From: Mytilus trossulus
Taxonomy: Eukaryota
Reading direction: 5' to 3'
NCBI RefSeq assembly: GCF_036588685.1
Contig: NC_086383.1
Coordinates: forward strand, 12,276,001-12,340,000
Length of the DNA stretch: 64,000 bases
The notes under the pieces were generated by a model, which was not told the origin of the DNA, did no database searches, and worked only from the letters and a program-made list of their open reading frames with translations. How positions within the stretch are numbered: the stretch's first letter is position 1; every line of letters begins with the position of its first letter. Of the stretch, positions 59,500-64,000 are shown in pieces. The position numbers were made by a program, and so were the translations under genes.

Positions 59500-60430
59500 C
59501 AACAGGAAGGGATACCTGTCATTGTAAATATAAGATGGGGAGTGATACTTGTGACTGCAAAAATAAAGACCGGAAGTGATACTTGCAATTGCAAAAATAT
59601 GACCAGAAGGTGTTACGTGATACTGCAAAAAATAGACCAGAAATGATACTTATTACTGTGAATATAAGATTGGAATTGATACTTGTTACTGTAAATATTA
59701 AATTTAAGGCGGGAAGGGATACTTCATTCGTCAAAAATATGATTGGAAGTGATACTTGTCACTGTAAATATTGAATTTAAAGCGGGAAGGGATACTTATT
59801 TCTGTTTATATTAGACAGAAAGTGATACTTGTTACTGTAAAAATAGGACCGAAAGATAAACTTGTTATAATTGTAAATATAAGACCAGAAGTAATATAGG
59901 GTTATTGCATGAATATTGGGGAATATTGTCCCGAGTAGAACTGTATATTGCACGAGCTTGCGAGTGCAATACATGTTCTACGAGGGACAATATTCCCCAA
60001 TATTCATGCAATAACCCTTTTATTGTATAGCAATATAATATTTGAAAGTAAAAAATTGTTTAAACTAAGATTTGTCGTTGATGACGTCATGAATTTTGAA
60101 GATTTATTGCACTAGTGCAATATAAGAATTTATTGCATGCTAACTTTTGGTTACTTTCTGTGGGGAATATTATATTGCTATACAATAATACTTGTTACAA
60201 TTGTAAAAATAAGACCGGAAGTGATACTTCATTCGTCAAAAATATGATTGGAAGTGATACTTATTATTGTAAATATAAGGTGGAAATTGATAAAGAAAAA
60301 TCTTGAATTGATACTTGTTACTGTGAATATCAAAACTTAGGTGACAAGAGTCACCTTTTGCTGTTAATATTGGACGGCTATTGAAACTTGTAACTGTTAA
60401 TATTAGATTGCAAGGATACTTGATACAATA
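59500..60430. repeat. Degenerate ~40-bp tandem repeat interrupted by a palindromic element
   Basis: Recurrent GGAAGTGATACTTGTTACTGTAAATATAAGACC-like units. Confidence 0.75.
59898..60188. mobile_element. Double-palindrome non-autonomous element (possibly Crypton-like)
   Basis: Arms AGGGTTATTGCATGAATATTGGGGAATATTGTCCC / GGGACAATATTCCCCAATATTCATGCAATAACCCT, a second pair TATTGTATAGCAATATAAT / ATTATATTGCTATACAATA, and an internal TGACGTCA. Confidence 0.65.
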
Positions 60431-60592
60431 GATATTTACATGTGATTATAGTGGATTGGGAAACAATTTTTGCAACTTATATTAATCCCTCTCAACGTTG
60501 CGGTGCGAGTGGTGTCTTGTAACGGCATTAGCCTGCTTTTTTTTCGAAATCTACAAGGGTGTCTCTAATATGCAAGAGATATGGCTCTCTCC

Positions 60593-61464
60593 GTCTAACC
60601 TTACCGGAAAGCTCAAACGAACGCCTAACGGATAACTTTTTTTCAATCCGTTTATGTCCGTTAGACAACCGTTGTTATTCATTAGACGTCCGTTGTTATC
60701 CGTTATACGTCCGTCCATATCCGTTGCATGTCCGTTAAGCGCACGTTTTATCCGTCGACGTCCGTTCTGTCCCCTGGAAATTTTGAGCATGTTCAAAACT
60801 TTGAATGGACGTCCAACGGATAAAACGTCCGTTGAACATCCGTTAGGCGTCCGTTTTGTACGGTACCCGTCCGTTTCGTTTCCGTTTTGTATCCGTAACG
60901 TGTCCGTTATACATCCATTGGAGGTCTGTAAGATCAATTCACCAACGGACTTCTTCCGGACGTTAAACGGATAAAAAGGATGTTGAACGAATGAGAAACG
61001 AACTTCTACCGGACGTATCACGGATAAAACGGATGATGAACGGATCTTAAAAGGATAAATGCCAATTGAAAATGTCGCGTCAGAAAGGCCAATTATTGGT
61101 ATGTCAGATTTCTTAAGGTTTATGAATTCTTATTATTCATAATCGACCTTAGAGTAAATGCGATTCTTCACAATCAAGTAGCTCTTATTCAGGTCAGACA
61201 CTGACCTTTTGTGGTATTTTGAAGAATAAACCAAAACCAGTTACACCTTAACATTTTGAATATTTATGAAATGTACATGTATTATTATTGTCGGCTTTAA
61301 ATTGTTCATCCGTTTCATCTTGTACGCTTCCGTTAGGTGTCCGTTGTATGCGGTACTCTTCCGTTCGACGTACGTTCGACATCCGTTCTGTCTGGTACGT
61401 ATCCGTTTCTCATACGTTGCACATCCGTTAGTCGTCCGTTCGTGCTATCTGGCAAGGTGTGACC
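60593..61464. mobile_element. Non-autonomous TIR element rich in TCCGTT/AACGGA, inserted into a SINE-like repeat
   Basis: Imperfect ~40-bp TIRs (ACCTTACCGGAAAGC..CTAACGGAT / ATCCGTTAG..GCTATCTGGCAAGGT). The upstream host repeat 60448-60490 also occurs at 35417-35458. Confidence 0.6.
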
Positions 61465-62878
61465 AAGTATTTAACACCGGTTAGCTATTTGTCGTCATCT
61501 TTTGACGGACTGTCATCGTCTCCTCAAGACAAATTATACGGCAATTGATACCTGTTACTTTAAATTTTTGACGAAAAGTAATACTTGTTGATTTTTCTTT
61601 GATATCTATCAATTTATATCAACCCGATATTAATGTACATGTATTAATACAATGTTTAACACTATTCGAAGAAAGTACTCTAGAGAAAAATGTTTTTTCC
61701 AAATAATAGTATTGTTGTAGAGGTACGTAATTTTGGAGTTTCCATTTTTAGTGTATTATTTATTTTTGTGTGCTTTATTTAGCACTTTCATTGGAGGCTG
61801 GAGTTTTCTATAAATTGTTTTTTACTTCTTTGTCATTCCATCATCTTTTTTGTTGCCTGGCAACGTCATTTTATCTTATGTTAACTTTTTTTCTCGCACT
61901 TTGTTTTTAGCATTCCTCGTAATGGGTTTTAGTTCCGATTAGGGTTGTTTGGTATTTTGTTTAAAAATAGCTTGTGATAAGACTATTGCAATAATGGATA
62001 CAACTAGAACATTTTGAATAAAATAGGAACATATTGCTATCAGTTGTATTGCCTCTGTGCTGTGTATCTTGTTCCTAATAAACAAAAATGATAAAAACTT
62101 TGTTATTTAACTGTTTCGTATCTTTTTCTGAACGTCTACACGACTCAACTAGAGCTAGATTCAAGTACAAAAATAAGAATTATTCATAGACTGTTTTAAA
62201 TTAAAAGCTACGTGTGATTGGATTTGAACATCATAGTCCAGACCAGGAAAATTGATAAAGGTGTACAAGGCATCTGCGTGAACTTAGTCAATGAAACCAA
62301 ACATGTCTGTGTAATCAAACGGATGCAATTATATGGTAAATATTAACACAACAGGAATACATTAGAGTTGCACAGAGAGGTAATGGTTCTCAAAGGCAAA
62401 TTTCACAAGAAAGATATTGTATAAAAACGGAAGAGAAATATTATAATCGGACTTCAAATTTGAAATTGAATATAAACTGACAATTAGCTGGCAAAATCAA
62501 AAATATCCCATTAGATAAACATCAGTATCAAAATCACAACAAAGACAACATAATACTGATCATCAGAAACACCAATCAAAAGTCAAGGAAAAACAGACAA
62601 TGAAATAAAAAATTATCAAATTGATAAACAGTATACAAGACACAATACAGTACCAACTACTGAGCAACACTTAACCAACATCAAAAGAAATAAAAAAGAT
62701 ATTTCATTAGAAATGATGATGTCTAGATTTAGATATTTCAGTATTACATCAGTAACTTAACACAAAAAGTAACGCCATAGGGGACGAATATTTTTTCTTT
62801 TGTTAAATTTTGGACGGTGATGTTCCTTTTGCATCTTCTTACGGTGTTTTATTTGCAAATCGTTCTTTATGCACATGT

Positions 62879-63334
62879 CTGGTCCGAGACCACAATTGTC
62901 GTCCCTTGATTTTCGTTGTTCACGAATATAGTCCCTATTGTTAACAGTGGGTTACTTGCCAATAATTTTTATACCCCTTCCAAATTTATTTCTCCATGTT
63001 TAATGCCTCAAATTGTAAGTAGTGGGGTGAAATTACACTGTAAAAAAATTTGGGTCCAGAATTTTACAGGAAAGTAGTGATTTGGTCCAGCTGAAAAAGG
63101 TTAAAAATTAGCACTTCGGAAGCTGTCAAAAGATTTCAAGACACCCTAAACACAAAATTGTCCATATTTTGAGTTAGAGGCGATGAAGTTTTCTATAATT
63201 TTGATATAACTTGTCCCAAAAGTAGTACAACACACTGTAAAAATTTCATTGAGAAAGCGCAGGTGGGATTTTTTTAAATTTTCATTTATGTTCTAAAAGA
63301 AATGCACTACGAATTAATTGTGTTCTCGGACCTG
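62879..63334. mobile_element. MITE (~455 bp)
   Basis: TIRs GGTCCGAGACCACAATT / AATTGTGTTCTCGGACC. Confidence 0.75.
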
Positions 63335-64000
63335 AGAGGTGAAGTCTGTAAATATAGAATCTGTACTTTGGCAACTTCCCTAAATGATTTGGTGGTGTCA
63401 ATTTGTCAAATAGCATGAAACTAAAGGATTTAAACTTTTATTTTATAGAATTTCTGCAAAAATGACCAATTTTAGCATTTTATGGTCAAAATAGGCATTT
63501 TAAGGCTTTTTCAATATTGATGCAAACATGGCATCCTGACTTTCTATCTGACAGGTTTTCATGTGTCAATACTTGTGTTTCTATGCCTTTATCTAGTTCT
63601 TTTACTTGTTTATGAACTCAGAATCTACAGAAAAGAAGATTATCTCAGACAATATGTACAAAATGTGTTGTATAAATGACCCTTGTCTAACGCCCTGTTT
63701 TGGATGAAGTCAAAAGTGGGGTTCTTGGTACATAAAATTTGAAGTCCACAATCAAGATCTCACTAAATTTGTATCAAAAGCACTTTACAATGTCTATTGT
63801 ACCTGTTCCATCTCACATAATATCTTTCTTTTCTTCTGTAGGATAGCAAGTGGTTTAAATATAAGCCTGTTGAGACTAAAATTGCATTCAAGTTTTTCAT
63901 TAAAAAGGCAAAATTCTTTGTATCAGACCATACTGTCTGTAAGAAAAGTAAATTGCAAGAGCCTTTTTGTGCTCAGATTTGATGTATCATGTCACATGAG

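Noticed and set aside
60551-61484. 156-, 106- and 72-aa ORFs
   Set aside because: They lie in a TCCGTT-rich non-autonomous element and show no domain motifs.

Overview
AT-rich, intron- and repeat-rich animal genomic DNA, probably a bivalve of the Mytilus type (inferred from the repeat families, not verified). Most short ORFs in the supplied track are spurious. (1) There are two tandem paralogues, A (~4.7-27.2 kb) and B (~35.9-58.9 kb), both on the + strand, of a spliced type II membrane receptor. Its layout is an N-terminal cytoplasmic tail with YxxL/I motifs, one TM helix, a stalk of symmetric phase-1 EGF exons (several dead), and a three-exon C-terminal C-type lectin domain (EPN in A, QPN in B). 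Two orphan copies of the tail exon also occur. (2) A complete, apparently very young Ty3/Gypsy LTR retrotransposon (48745-58472) sits in the last intron of paralogue B. It has 920-bp LTRs, an ATAA TSD, PBS, PPT, gag and a -1 frameshifted pol. In the env position it carries two tandem paralogous ORFs, each encoding a double C2H2-type zinc-finger protein and each preceded by its own splice acceptor. This is the most unusual item in the window. (3) There are at least seven dispersed copies of a minimal type I hammerhead ribozyme repeat (retrozyme/Penelope-type): one is intact and one pair is spaced 350 nt apart. (4) The rest includes a 7.5-kb non-autonomous CACTA-type insertion, Penelope-like RT fragments, a Tc1 remnant, MITEs, palindromic elements and several minisatellites. 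All alignments were done by eye.
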